Source: Catajapyx aquilonaris
Lineage: Eukaryota
Assembly: GCA_000934665.2 (NCBI GenBank)
Contig: KZ538273.1
Location: 1 to 64,000 of the forward strand
Direction of reading: 5' to 3'
DNA: 64,000 bases
Positions 25,095-39,663 of the stretch are shown piece by piece. Numbering within the stretch: the stretch's first letter is position 1; each line of letters begins with the position of its first letter. The notes under the pieces were generated by a model that did not search any database, had not been told where the DNA came from, and saw only the letters and a list, made by a program, of their open reading frames with translations. A program made the position numbers and the translations under genes.

Positions 25095-26160
25095 GAAACA
25101 ATATTCGATGTATGAAACATACCATCGATATTTTCCTAATATCGTTTGTACCATTTTTTGTGTATTGAGGCCTTCTAGTAATATTATTTTCGGTAATCGA
25201 TAATTGTTTCTCAGTTTTCGATATCTCGTTGCAAATTTCGATATTCGATATCTAGATACACTATTTCGATATTCGATATCAGTATACACTACATCGATAT
25301 TCGATAACTGGATATAATATACCGTGTGTTTATTAATAATTTTTGACATAGTATATCGATATTAATATCTAGATGCAATATATTGATATTAATATCTGAA
25401 TGCAACACATCGATATTAATATCTGGATTCAATACATCGATATTATTATCTGGTTGCAATATATCGATAACAGTTGAATGAAACAATTTCAAATACTATA
25501 TTATATTGAAATATTTAGCTTTCAGAAGTCAATTATGATTCGATATTCAGACAGCTGTTTTCTGTCCGTACAATCAGGTATTGCATTATTATTTAAAGGT
25601 CTGCAAAGATGGCGTCCGTCTTTCCCATACCTTTCAAATCTTAGCTAGGCTTCAATGAGCAAACAAATAATTACTCAGCCGGCCTCTCCTCTTCCGAACG
25701 GTCGATATCTATTCGGGAGATGAGGCTGAGATATTTCCCAGTTCCACACCAAAACTTTTGGAGCCGCTAGAGTGGCTCCAGATGTAAGGAGAGACCAGTC
25801 GATAAGACGAATCTGTCGAAATTTTAAAGACAAAGGACGTAGACAAGGTGTCGAAACGGGTATGAACAGTGGAGATATAAATAATCGAAATATCGGCATA
25901 TCAAGGATGGAAATCAATGAAAATATCGTAATATCGGTACACCCACATATCGATATATCGGAAAGTGAATTACGAAAAGTTCTATATCGACGAATTTGCA
26001 TATCAATATATTGAGAAATGAAATATCGATGCGGGCGTATCGATATATCGGAAATTAAATTATGGAAATTTTAAATATCTGTACACGTGAGTATTATTTT
26101 ATTGGAGAGAGAAATATCGATACATTTACATATATCGATATATCGAAAATCGATTTATTC
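25095..26160. repeat. Two ATCGAT-rich blocks (25095-25550 and 25880-26160)
   Basis: Dense ATCGAT/TTCGAT motifs; a 27-bp sub-array ATCGATATTAATATCT... at 25355-25450. Confidence 0.75.
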
Positions 26161-29100
26161 GCTTTTCTTTACTACAGAGAGGCAATTTTCATCCTAAAAT
26201 GACCCGAGCAACACAGGGTGCAAAAATATTTCGCCCCATATACATGTCTGAGGCCATACCACCCCTGGCATTACACGCATTGCAGTACCCCCCTCCTACC
26301 CCCTCTTCCCCCTCCCCGCCTCTCCCTACCATCCCACCCCAGCAGCAGCAGCAGCCGCACAAAAATAATTACAGGCGACTGGCCTCGGTTTAGGCAGCAT
26401 TGGGCCGTGGAAATCCGGCCGAATTGAACTTGCCCAAAAAGCTGAATTACCGTAATTCCTATTCCGCTGTGACTGACAACACCCAATACCGAGCTGACTC
26501 CCACCCACCCCACCCCTGAATTAACCCTCACCACCCTCACAAACAACCACTCCTTCCTAAGGGATTATTGCACACTAAGTTTACACCGCATTTCATAAAA
26601 CCCTTCTGTAAAGTTTACGCCCGTCAGAAACATGAGTGACGCTTAAGAACTCGGGAGGGATTTTAACGGGTGGTTGGAGTTGAGTTTGGAAATGCCTAGG
26701 GTTGAAAGATCAAAACTTGGTATATTCGACCGAATGTTTTTTCGGCCAAATAAATTAAAAATAATGGCATTATTATTAAGTTAAAATAATTTTAATCGAA
26801 TTGAAGCTACAAATTGATTTTAATGATGCTAAATTATAACTATATTCGATTAATTACGATGTATCCAATCAATATGCATATTTCGAAAATTCAATTTAAA
26901 TTATATTAAGTAAAATTAAATGAATTGCATTCCATTAAATTAATCTAATTCGTAAATAAAAGTTAATTTCATTTCCAATAAATATTAATTTATATATTGC
27001 GTCACACATTAACAAGAGAGAAAAATATAAGTTGCTTTACACCTAATTAAAATTTAATCGATTATAATAAAAGCAATTGGCCAATTTACCACCAAATTAA
27101 CTCAAATTCATCAACAGTCGAAAGGGAATATAGGTACCTAAAATTAAAATATAATTTCATGTTACATCCTATTCAAGTTCAAGCATTAAACTTATATGCA
27201 CTTGTTGTACCTTACTTAAATTTAATCCTATTAATATAATCAAACTATTAAATCCAAATTAATGTATGAAAGTGCGTTAAATATTTGAAATACAATCTCG
27301 AGGCCTAGTTTACTTAAACGCAGTGCTGGAAACAAGCAAATATTTAACATCGGACTGTTTGACCTAGCCTCCAACCTTAATAAATTATTAAGGTGAACCA
27401 TAAAGCAGCATCACAATCATCTGAAATGTAATTACCCCTTTTTTTGAGACCCGAGTTTAGCCCAGCAGGCAATAAGGAGAAAACGGAAGTCATATTTCCA
27501 AGAGTCCAACTCTGCTTGAGCGTATGCAAATGACACGCTGGAGGGCTCCCAAACCACACACACAAAATGTTACTTCTCAACATCATACACCCTACTTTTA
27601 CGCCTTTTGATGTCTTGATAACAACAAAGCTTCTGTCAGCTTTTTGCACACAAAAAGAACAACTTTAAAAAACGTTTTTTTTAAAGGCTAAGAGGTCAGG
27701 CAGGATTTGGTTCAAAATGTGACGGACAACAGTAAGATAATTACTGTATGCCTATATATGTCTTGTGGTCACAACATATGGTTGGAATACTACTCAACGT
27801 TTTTTTGGGTATGGCAGGTGCTTAAATATTACATCAGACGTATGTCAAAAAGCACTCAGGTTTAAATGAGCAGGCGAGTTTGAATTTGACGGCTGTTCAT
27901 ACACCAGTTTACATGGGGTTAGAAATTGCTCAAATTGGTTGCATGAAGCGTGTCAAGTACTCGGGGAAAAACTGTGTTCGACATGGAAAGTACAGGGTGT
28001 AACAACTAGTCCTATAAAAGGTGGTGAGTCCGATTTTTCAGATAATTGAGGGGTGCGGGAGGAAAACGTGACAACCCTCATTATTATCATTTTTGACATG
28101 AATACAACAAATATGTAAAAGACATGGCAAATAGTTTGGTAATGTTCACTTATCATGCACGAGAGGGCAACGGATCACTTTTTCCCCCCACACCCCTCAT
28201 ATTGTTTGTTTGTCAAGATTTTCTTTCCATGCCAACCGGGTTACTTCATCCCCTATCAACCTAGACGTGAATCAATCTTTAATTCATATATCTCACTTTT
28301 CAAAATAATGTCCACCTAACGCTTCCCACATCTAGTCGACAAGTCCCATTACAGTGAAAACCCTTGGATTGGTGTTTCCCTCAACGTCAAAATCTCAGGG
28401 GTTTTTTTCTTTGATTCTTCCAATGCATCTTTGAAGAGATTGGGGATCTTCCCCCCAAAAAATCATATCGCAAGATGGTCAGAAAAAAAACGAGAGAATA
28501 TCCAAGATGGCGGGAGGTTGCTGGAGGGGTTGATGGGGTTGACAAATTGCTAATCGATATTGGAAAAAAAACAGCGATCGTGTCGCTTTGCGTTTAGCCA
28601 CCTTGTCACGTCTCCAAAAAAACAGAGAAAACTCTCAAAAAATTGGAGTCTATCTTTACAAAGATGGTTGGAAGTTACAAGTTAACTCAGTTTTTGTCAG
28701 AGTTTTTTTTGCTGCTGGAACTCGGGTGTTAAATGCCCGAGGGTTGTGTCCCAAAACTTTTGGAGACACCCTGAGGCCCAGATATAATTATCAGCCCAGT
28801 TTTTGGAGAGTTTATATGAAATTTTGGTGGTGAGATCCGACATATATTTTGCAAGGATTCACTCACAATTTGTAACATTTCATTACATGTAACATACTTG
28901 TTCCGCTGAAAATCAATTCTTGGGGCACTTTAGACATCGATACTATCGCTTCCTCCAAAACTTTTATGTCAGTTTGGGGGGGCGTATAAACGACAAGTCC
29001 AGCATAAAATGGTAGTTCTCTCTGTCAAGTTTTCCCTCCTTGAACAACCAGTATCTCACTCAGTTTTGAAAATTTGCACTCGCACTGGCAAAAATGTGAA

Positions 29101-29679
29101 ATAGAAAAACTTTTTTTCCCCCTACTTTTGAAAGAGGGTTATGAAGTGCTCCCTGCTTCCCCCTTTTTACGGGCCAACATAGATGTAATCGTCGACGGTA
29201 AAAGGAAAAAGAAAAAGAAACAGAAAAAAACTATTATTTCCAAAAGTAAGTTTTCTTGCAACCGTAACCTTAGAAAAGGGAAAGACTATTCAAGTTGGAC
29301 GATAGCAAAAAGAGAAATATTTGTTCTTTTAAGATCTCAAGAAAAAACTAGGCCATTGTGAGGCTCTTACCAGGTGGATGTCCATTTTGAAGCAACTGGA
29401 CGCCATTTTGAACAGAAAGGTGCCATTTTGTACTTCAAGATGGACGTCATTTTATGGGGGGAAAAATTGGTAGTTCTACTGTACTAAATTACAAATCATA
29501 TTAAGTTATGTAATATTAAATGTTATAAAAACTCATATTAGGACATTAGGTCTTTTAATATGCCACAGATGGACAAGGACACTCCAGACACCTTCTAACT
29601 CACATCATTTTCCTTAGTCATTTAACTCAAACAGAACCGTGTCTATAATTCAAATATTTAAATAAATTAAAAAATTTTA

Positions 29680-29762
29680 TGGTTAGGGGCACAAGCTACA
29701 AAAATAACTGCTATCTGGAAATGACAGTTATAAAAAGCGACACACAAATTTGGAACACCCTG
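29680..29762. mobile_element. Single arm of the 45557 MITE family
   Basis: GGTTAGGGGCACAAGCTACAAAAATAACTGCTATC...CACACAAATTTGGAACACCCTG-TA is the near reverse complement of 45557-45648. Confidence 0.75.
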
Positions 29763-30879
29763 TATATAATTATTTATATTAAATAAAGAATGAATGGGAT
29801 TTTATATCACAAAATTTTATTAGTTAATTTATCCTGTATTAATAACTGATTACTAGTCATTATTGTTGTGAACTGCGTGGTCTGACCATAGTCACCAGAG
29901 ATGTCATTATGTCTGTCTTAATGAGGTAGTCAGGTGGCTATCCCTCTATGAGTCTATGGGAACTATAATGTCGTGAAGAAATGAAGAATAAATTATTGTT
30001 GTTGTCGTTGTCGTCGATGTTGTTATGCTCAACCAGATGCCATTCAAGTCGACAGCAATTTTCTTAAGTATTGCCAGCTGGAAGGCCATACGAACTCAAT
30101 ATTCTTTAAAAAGTACGACGCCATTTTAGATCAAGGTTTTCAACCCGGAAGCGCGGCCATTTTAGCCGAATGGTTACCAGGTGGCCGGCCTTTTTTGGCA
30201 CCAAGTTGCCAGGTGCAGCAAAGTGCTTTCTCATAATTCCAAAACCCGCCAATAGCCCCTTGGAAGAAAAAAAGGGTCAAACGTCGTGAAACACTTCGCC
30301 ATTCGTTCCTTCCATTATAAATCACCCCCCTACCCTCCCACCATGCCGCCATCTTTAGGCTTCTGGCAACCTTTAGATTTATGCGTCTCTCCCTACCACT
30401 TTTGTAGTTCCGGGGGTATTTGTGCACGAAACGAGATGGAGATCCATAAAATGTTAGCCGCTGCTCTTATAATATGCATTAGGTGGATCTTGCATCTCCA
30501 TCTTTTTTTTTTACTTCTTCTTTTTTGGCCCCATTCTTTATGCCCCACCCCTTCTCTCTCTGCAACGTCAGGCTGAAAAATGGCTCCCTTGGAACCACTC
30601 GGAGGGTTTGGTTACTGCTGGCCCCGGCTGTGCATCAGGGGAGGCCTCACAACCTGAGAAATGTTCCCCGGTCGGCAGTGATTGCGTCATTAGCCAAAGA
30701 TTCCCGGGAGAGCCCCTGACCCCAACGCCAGCTAGCCATTCGCTTCTTCATTCATGCCCTCTTGCATTTCTTATTCATCCTGGACCAACAGCCTCCAGGA
30801 AGATGGCTTCACACTGCAGGAGTCACCATTTTATTAACCTAAATGGCGGACAAAATCTCCGATTGTGTAGGTAATCAGA

Positions 30880-31620
30880 GATTACAATTTTTATTCGATT
30901 TTAGATTAGCGATTTTATGATGATTTCATTTCATTCTGATTCGATTTGAGTTAGTTTGAGTAGAGTTGAGTTATAATTTGATTTTGATTCGTCGTGATTG
31001 GTTTTGGGATCCGGACTTCTGGCCCCCGCCGTTTCGCCCCGGTCTTCTGGCCCCAGGCATATTGGCCCCCGTGATCATTTCGCCCCCGGCGTATTCGCCC
31101 CCGTGACATATTCCACTTTAAAGCAATATACTGGACATTTCTAGAAAAGTGACCTGGCCGTGTGTGTAGCCTGGCAAACACACCCAAGGTCAAACATGCC
31201 AACAAAACTGATTTCTTGTACAGGCAACGGAAGTTCCGAACATAAGAAATAGTCGACAATATGCCGGGGGGCGAAATGGTCACGGGGGTCAATATGCCGG
31301 GGGACAGAACACCGGGGGCGAAACGGAAGGGGCGAAAAGTCCGAGACCCGATTGGATTTAACTATGAGTTGAATATATTCATTCTGAGTCTGAGTATGAT
31401 TTGATGCGATTCTACATTATTCGATTCGATTCGATTATGATTTGATACGAGTTACAGTAGTTTGAGTCGACTTGAGATGATTCATATTTGATTCTGATTC
31501 GATGTGATAGGTTTTAAAATTGTGTTCGATTCGATTCTAAAAGTTGAATTGAGTTGATTCTGATTCTGATTTTAATTATAATTATAATTCTTAATCTGAT
31601 TCCGCTCCGATTTGATTTGA
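30880..31620. repeat. GATTC/GATTT low-complexity block interrupted by a MITE
   Basis: Recurrent GATTCGATT/TGAGTT motifs on both sides of the 31006 element. Confidence 0.7.
31006..31349. mobile_element. Mutator-like (MULE) MITE with long repeat-rich TIRs and ~10-bp TSD
   Basis: Inverted arms built from TTCGCCCC/GGGGCGAA sub-repeats; flanks GATTGGTTTT (30996-31005) and GATTGGATTT (31350-31359). Confidence 0.8.
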
Positions 31621-31976
31621 TACACCGTCCTTATGAATCTCTCAAGTGTGGACTAAGATGGCGGTCAATGTGGCTTTAAGTTATGGATGAAGAAGTTTCA
31701 GTCCAAAAAATTTCTAGATCTTTTCCTTGAGCGAGAAAAGCGTTTTGAGGCCTTCCTTTTCGGCGATTTGGAGGAAAGTTGGTGCCTGCAAATTCCACAT
31801 CTATCTGCCCGAAAGAGATGGGCCAATCGGGGTGGCGTGACTTGACTTGTCAAAATTGGCCACGGCTGGGTGTCGAAAAGAGGATATCGCTAGCACCATT
31901 GCGTCTATAGCTGTAATTGTGAGTGTGAAATCAAGCCCAGAATTAAAAAGGAAATGAAATGGCAAGCAAAAAGGTC

Positions 31977-32057
31977 GTGATCAGTTAGTCAGTCCAGTCG
32001 CGCATGCGCATCTGTCAAGATGATGCGCATGAGCGACTGGAGTGACTAACTGATCAC
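31977..32057. other. 81-bp hairpin (36-bp stem, 34/36 paired, 9-nt loop); mini-MITE or hairpin RNA
   Basis: GTGATCAGTTAGTCAGTCCAGTCGCGCATGCGCATC / GATGCGCATGAGCGACTGGAGTGACTAACTGATCAC. Confidence 0.85.
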
Positions 32058-33549
32058 TTCTTCCCCATTTCCATGTTGAGAAAAATTAAGCTATTTAAAA
32101 TTTTTGAGAATTTATTCGTAAATTATTATAAACATGCGAGTAAGTTCAATGGCGACATCTATGTGCCTGAATGACACAACTCATCCCATCTACCCATAAA
32201 AGACCCTATTAACCGTCACATTTCCTAGAAAAGCAGATTTTGGCGACAGAAAATTGAAATCCGCAAAATTCATCTCAAGTCTTTCCAGCAAGTCAAATTT
32301 CTGCAAAACTTGGGCTTTGTGGCCCACGTGCAGTAATTGGTTCCCAAGGAACAAGCTATGGGGACCCCTGGCTTGGCATATAAGAAACCCAGGTCTCAAC
32401 GTCTGCTCAGCCTCACCGTTTTTAAGCCTCTTTCGTTTATCCCTCCCAACTTAGCCGTTTCCTTAAAAAAGTCGAGAAGTTTAATTAAAATGGGGGAGGG
32501 GGGGGGAGACTGCTGGGGACTTTAAGAAAGCAAAAAAAACTCAGGTAATATTGGAGGTAAGGATTTTCGTGTCAATCTTCCATTTTCTTACTTTCCACTG
32601 ATTACTAGGGAGTAAAAATGGAAAGCAAATCCTGGATTGTCTGGTATTACCTTCTAAAATTCAAAGGTGAACATACTATTCGATTGTTCTATTGGGGAGA
32701 AAAATGATTGCTACAAAATGCGCCTTCATAATACATAATGTAAAATGCGATTAAATATAGATGGAGATAAAAAAACATTTCTATCCAAAAATATGCCCAA
32801 GTTCGTGGGCCTAATTTGAAGGCTTTCACTCAACCTTAGGTCTAGGAAAAAAATAGTGCGTGCGTGCATTCCCAGCTGACCAGCCCTTTTATAGCCGGCG
32901 CCTGCCTAATAAAGATTTAATCATGGGCAATAGTCAGGAACGTATGTAAGTCGTCACGCAAAAATAAGTCATCCACCATCAAAACATCAAAAAATGGCAA
33001 AAATATCATCAAAATATGTAGAAAATATCATAAATGTTGTGAGGGGGGTTACATCACAATGACGCCCAGTGACGAAAAGACGTCACAGTCTGACGACTTT
33101 AAAAAAAAAATTTTTTTCGAAAATGTAAACAATGTCGAGTCCAATTTAGAGTCAGACTGTGTGCCTAATCTTGCGGGTACACTGGTCCACATCTGCATAT
33201 GGGCCGACTTGCTATATGGTGATGAATTTGGTTGAGCTGTAGACGAGAGGTCTCGTTAGTATGACTTTGCTGCCTTTGAGGGTAGGGAGACGACACTAAC
33301 ACTGGACTCATAAAGGGAATGTGGAGTGTTGCTCGTCTTTGTTTACACGTAAACGAGCTGCGACTGGGCTCCAGATTGTCGTTACAAAGGGAGACACACT
33401 ACAGAGGAAGAGGAGCCGGCTGCTGGACTTTTTAGAAGCGGAGTTTAAGTTAAAGGCAAACAGAGGTACTAACTAGTTACCTGTACTTTAGAGTTAACGA
33501 AAAATTAATTTTTAAAAATATAAATAATCTCGCAAATCGGAAGCAAAAA

Positions 33550-34620
33550 AGTGATACCATCTGAAATCGGATTTATAACTCATATTATTATAGCTCAAAA
33601 TTTATTTTAGCTCAATATTATAACTCAAAATTGCATGAACTTGAAAACTTGTATGAAAATTAATTTTAGCTCGAAATCATTATAACGAAACATTAATTAT
33701 AACTCAAAATGCATGTTAGCTCAATATTATAACTCAAAATCATTATAGCCCAAATGGATTTTTAGCTCAAAATCAGCATAACTCTAAATGGCATGAACTT
33801 GCATAAACCGGCAGTTTTCCCAAGGCAGCAGGTTTTACGATAGTCACATTTACTATCGTTAGTCCCACCCCGAGGAAATGATACGTAGACTATCATCCTC
33901 CTGATTATGACTACCTTTAGTATCATCTTCCAACTGCTATCGATATTAGTCAGGAGTCCAGGTCGATAGGGGAATAGTTTTTTTCGTCTATTGAAGCAGA
34001 TAGGTGCATGAGCGGACATTAAGGAGTGTGGATTCAACGGAGAGGGAATATCTGGACACCTATTGATTTTTAGGGGACGACTAGGGGGGACGTGATCTAA
34101 CTCGAAATTCCTCCCGACCCACCACCCTCCACCCATAACGTTGGGTTTGGACTAGAGGGGGCGACAGTTAACACCCGCAGATTCCGGGGAATCAGTAATA
34201 TCCTCTCTATAGGTAGGGCGAGAAAAATTTTCAGAGCCAAAAAAGGAGCTATTCCAGTTGAAATTTAATTTTTACTCAAAATTGCATTTAACTCAAAAAT
34301 TGTCATCCCTCAAAATTTAAATTTAAGTCAAAATTAATTTTGAGTTTATTGCTCAAAATTAACACAGATTTGAGTAAAAACTCAAAATTAATTTTAGCTC
34401 AAATTTGAGTAAAAACTCAAAATTAATTTTAGCTCAAATTTGAGTAAGAACTCAAAATTAATTTTAGCTCAAATTTGAGTAATAACTCGAATTTGAGTAG
34501 GCCTAATAACTCAAAATGAACTTTAACTCAAATTTGAGTAATAACTCAAAATTAATTTTAACTCAAAATTTTAATTGAAAACATTGATTTGTTACTCAAA
34601 ATTATAACTCAAAATGTGAC
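33550..34620. repeat. ACTCAAAAT/GCTCAAA repeat block with a 35-bp array (34360-34570), interrupted at about 33805-34255
   Basis: Tandem copies of AACTCAAAATTAATTTTAGCTCAAATTTGAGTAAA. Confidence 0.8.
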
Positions 34621-35379
34621 TTTAAAATGCGACTTTAGAGAATCAATTTGACACTACTGGCATCCGAAACTTGACTCCATTTAATCAGGAGTGCATAATT
34701 AAACTACAGTATATGGTTGTTGCTAATTTGCAAATAGTGTGGCCGTTGCGCCAATTGCACGTTTTCTCGGGGGAATTGGCCAATCCTCTTCCTTGTGACT
34801 GAATCTAAAGGATTTTGAGTCTCACTGAACTTGATGTAAGTTTGGCACACCGTCACTTTGGAACCTGGCCCATCGCACTTTTACTGCCGTCAGATGGCCT
34901 CCTGTTGTTTCTTCTCCTTTTCTTTTCTAACAGTCGTCGGCACCATTCTAAACCAATCGTCTTCTATCGTCACCTGCTTCCGACCGTGAAATTCAACTCC
35001 CCTTGTACTAATCAACCTTTGCTTGTAATTAAAGAAACTGTTTTTCACGCTTTACAAAATCCTCCCGCTTTGCTCCAACGGCTTTGCATTTACAGTCAGT
35101 TTTATCGCATTTTTTTTCAGGTCGTCGTAAAACCGAGTGGAAGTGTAGGCTTACACTCTGTTACTAGTCCTTGATATTGCTTTACGTTTAATTATAGTTT
35201 ATGGCGCTTTAAATGCGACGCTGTTGCCCGGAAAGATAATTGTCGTGAAAAAATGCGTTTGAAACTATCCCTAGCCAGCAAGACAGGACGTTTTGTATGT
35301 ATAAAAAAACCTACAACCAACTTTTAAGCCCCGCCCTTTTCCGAAATGGGAAGGGCCACTCTGGGAGCATAATTTATTA

Positions 35380-35690
35380 CAGTACCCTCGTTCAGTTTCC
35401 ACTGACTTTTTCGCTTATATGACTGAATGAGTGGAAATCCGATAATTTTGTGGAAAAGCCAGATGTAAGTGTTAAGCAGCATATAAATAAGTGAAAATCT
35501 GATAATTTTGTGGAAAAGCCAATTGTAGGCTACAGTAAGTGGAAAGCAGCATATCAATAAGTGGAAAAATGGTCAGTAAGTGGAAACGTAAATATACCAC
35601 TTACCATCCGAACTTTTCCACTTGTTGAAATAAGTGGGAAAAAAATTATTTTTCCACTTATATAAGTGGAAACTGAACGAGTGAACATGT
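35380..35690. mobile_element. pogo/Tigger-like MITE with AAGTGGAAA sub-repeats
   Basis: Starts TA-CAGTACCCTCG. 17-bp inverted repeat CTCGTTCAGTTTCCACT (35387-35403) / AGTGGAAACTGAACGAG (35665-35681). The outermost right end is degraded. Confidence 0.6.
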
Positions 35691-36145
35691 GACAACACTG
35701 CAGCGTTGCCATTATTAGACTTTTTTTCAAAAACATATAGGCTTGCTTTATAACGACTGTTGAGTAAGGCACTGGTAAGGCAGGAATTTAGTGGCTGGTC
35801 GATTCTAAATCCATTATGGGCCCTTCTTTCTACCAGTTTTTTTTTTGGTGGGGAGGGCGGTATGGACTGAAGTTACTGCCTCATTACAGTCGGCGTCTAC
35901 TTGGCCAACGATGGAAATATCTTGCAAGCAAGTGAAGCAAAAGACCATTTCTGCTCTGTTGAAGCTCCATTTTGTTCCAACAAATCATATGTAGAATTGG
36001 CTGACTCTGTCCGTGGTACAATAGCGCCATATATGTGAGGTATGTGGTACTAACAAAAAAAATCAGAGAGGAAATGGTGGTTGCACATACACACAACATG
36101 CAAACAATAAGTTTGAGACTGTGATTCTATCTAAAGGACAAAGTT

Positions 36146-36200
36146 CAGGGCTGGGCAAACTTTCTGAATACGAAGGCGGCAGAAACTAAACTTGGCCATT
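36146..36200. mobile_element. Solo hAT-like terminus
   Basis: CAGGGCTGGGCAAACT resembles Charlie-type hAT ends; no partner TIR seen. Confidence 0.3.
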
Positions 36201-36439
36201 TCAGAAGCGGGTACTGTAATGTTGAGACCCATTGTTACATGTTACACTGCTGCATGCAGGAAATCGAATAGGAGTAGGAGGTGCATGGTAAATTTTATTT
36301 CGCATTTTTGGAAATATTTGGGGCAGATTTTGCGGATGAGATTAATATTCAGTTATGGAGGTGACATATTTTTGCTATTCAATAGTTTATGCAATTGTTT
36401 ATTCAATAGTATGTAAATGTGTGGCATCTAAAAATATAT

Positions 36440-36580
36440 AAAATAATATGCAAAAAATTAATAAAATTGTAAATAAATAATGTGCAAAAAATTAATAAAA
36501 TTGTAAATAAATAATGTGCAAAAAATTAATAAAATTGTAAATAAATAATATGCACAAATCAATAAAATTATGAATAAATT
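36440..36580. repeat. 34-bp AT-rich tandem repeat
   Basis: AAATAATGTGCAAAAAATTAATAAAATTGTAAAT about 4 times. Confidence 0.9.
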
Positions 36581-39532
36581 ATAATTTTTACATTGCTAGA
36601 GTGCTGATTGTCCTATACATTTTTTCATCCTGCACACTATACAACACGCATGGGAACTTCATAGTGGTTCTTGCATGATAGAGTTTCATCTCGTTTCCAA
36701 CCGCCCCCCCCCCCCCCCCNCCCCCCCCCCCCCCCCCACTCTTATACCTTAGTGCACCAAAGTTTCATACCCAACACGTCGTAAATGCTAATTAAACCCT
36801 GGGTGCAAATGCAAAGTTGCAGAGGGATTAGTTGGTAGATAATTTAAACGTGGGCCGAAGTTGTGTGAGGTAGTGGGTGGGGGGGTTAAGTCGTATGGAG
36901 GGAGGTAGGAGTAACCTCAACTAGATGCAACCGCAGTGCGCAAAACTTTTCGACAACCCCTAATCTCACCCCCTTTGCACAAAGGGCGTCAAAATCTTGC
37001 ACATCCTATTTTTTGAGGGGGTAAGGCGGTCCTGAGATAAAACCAGAGTTTTAAACAGTCGGTTTTTCGGGTTTTATCAAAAGAAGAGGATGGTTGGGAG
37101 TAAGAGCTTCATCTCTGGGTATGTTATACCTTTACTCCCCCCCCCCCCCCCNTTCCTCTAAAACTGCAGAAGTTGCCTGCGCGCTGGCTCGAAATGAAAT
37201 TGAGCTCGTCTGGCTGACACAATATCGCCATTCCTGGCACTCCATTGTCGGAATGGGAAGTTCTGACTTGGCTCGTAAGCCTCGGAGGGGGGGAGTGCTG
37301 TAATCGCTAGTTTTGCACACGTTTTTTTGGGGGTGGGCGAAATTTTTTAGCCAGGTTGCGAAAAGGTGAGAGAGTTTTTGGACACGAGGCGTCAAATGAG
37401 TTGGGCAACAAATTCCAAGAATTTTCAGAGAGATTATTATTTTTATACATAACTTTTATTTTGATTGTATTTATTATAATTTATTAACCATTTTAACCTA
37501 TTTCATTATTAATAATTGGTAATTTGGCATTTATTATAATGGACATTATGAATGTAATAATTACATATTAAATTTATTTTTATTATTTTATTGCACCTGT
37601 ATATAATTATTAGTAGGCCTGTACTGGTACAATAAACAAAATAAAAAAATAAATTTAATAAAAATAAAAATTAATAGATAAAAATTAATAAAAATACAGT
37701 AGCCATACAAATAAACAAAGATAAAATTAAATTGAAATTGATGTATAGATAAAAATAACCATACAAATAAACATAAAAATTAAATTAAATCAAAATAAAT
37801 TTATAATTTAAAAATAAAAATAAAAGTTATACAATAAAATTAATTTTCTCAAAACATTGATTATTCATTAATCATTATTAATAATAATAATTTTACCATT
37901 CACTGTTATTATTTATTTATTATTTCTGATCTATTATTTTATAACTTGTTATTTATTATTCATCGACATTTATCAATTTTTATTATTTTATTATACTATA
38001 ACTAATAATTATATACTATTACAAGTTTTGCATGACTGCATGAGAGTATTTTTCACTAAATATTTTTTGAGTACGGCCTACAGTGTACATCAATAAAAAT
38101 CTTATCAAATTTCTCCCCTACTTTTTCGCAACAGTCTGTTCTTGACAGCCATTGTTGCGTATCTCCATCTGGTGCGTCAAGGGATCAGACACATTTCCCC
38201 CTTCGGCTGATGGTCTCCTGTGTTTCTAGATCAAAGCAAAGCCGTGGCTTCACCCTATCGTAGTACTCCTTTTGTTGCGAAATATTATTAAAAGGGGGAG
38301 GGCTTCCGGACACCTGCAGCGATCTAAGAGAGATCTAACACGGGCGTTTTAATTGTTGTCTTTGACGGGCCTGCCGATTTGTTGATTACTGTATCGATCT
38401 CTGGTGTCGACAACCCCAACTCCCAGAACAATACACAAAGTTTATGGACAGGGGGGAAAACGATTGGAGATCAATCATCGATAAATCCTTCACAGATTCT
38501 CTAGAGAAACAATGCAAATCTTCAACAAAATCTTGCCAAATCCTATCATGGGATTGTGATGGTGTCTTTCACAATTCCTTCACAATTCATTTCACAAAAT
38601 AAATTAGCAATTAATATTCACCAATTTATTTATTGTCATTGAGATTCTCAAGTAGTCAAACATCTATCTCATCAAACATCTAGTAGTCATCTACCTTACA
38701 AATTCTCAATAATTTTTCGCAAATACACTAAAAATCTACACAGATTCGCAAACTCTCCATAAATCCTCAATCAATTTCGCGATTTTTTCACAAATCCTCA
38801 ACAGATTCTTTGATATTTTCACAAATATTCAATAAATCAATTATTGAAGTCATTTACAAGTCCTGGAATCCTTCATCAGACGGCGAAAATTTTCAATAAA
38901 TCCGTCAAATCTTCAGCAATTCTTTGAAATCATTCACAAATCCACAGATGATCCACGAATCAACTTAAATTGTCCACAAATCCAACATACATTTCTTCTC
39001 TATCTCTTTTGATGGAGAGTACAGCTAATGAAGGACCCAAACTTTTCCACACATATCAACAAGCAAGCGTTGCTAGATAGGGTAGGTTGCTAGGATCGAT
39101 AAGGAGCAATTCCAGTCTCCCCCCCCCCCCCAACTCCTCTCTTCCCCTTGCCCTGGTAATGTGCTCACGGATTCCAGCTGTTTATCAACCCTGAAGTGGA
39201 TAAAGTGACGATTTGTTTCCTGGCCTCCCCTCCCCCTTTCCCCCCCTTTCCCCTCCCTCGTCCCCCTTTTCCGCGCGTCCGTTCGTGAGCCTGCTTCCTA
39301 ATGTTGGGACGAGCCGGGAATGCCCCATCGCCAGAGGGAACTACCAGCGAAGAGTAGGTGGCAACACTGCCTCGAGGGGGTGGGGTCTGATAAGGTGTCC
39401 GGTTTCACTTCAAGGTCACATAGCCGGTTTTAGGTTACAACGATCATTTAAAGTACTGTAAATAAACAAATATAACAAAGTAATAGAAATGCAATAAATA
39501 GCGTAGCATTAATTACAATAAATTCTTATATA

Positions 39533-39663
39533 AAAATTATATTAAACAGTACAAAAAATAAATTATATTGAACAGTACAAAAAATAAATTATATTGAACA
39601 GTACAAAAAATAAATTATATTGAACAGTACAAAAAATAAATTATATTGAACAGTACAAAAAAT
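39533..39663. repeat. 26-bp tandem repeat
   Basis: AAATTATATTGAACAGTACAAAAAAT 5 times. Confidence 0.92.

Noticed and set aside
33805..34255. Insertion splitting the ACTCAAAAT block
   Set aside because: No TIR, TSD or tail found, so it cannot be classified.
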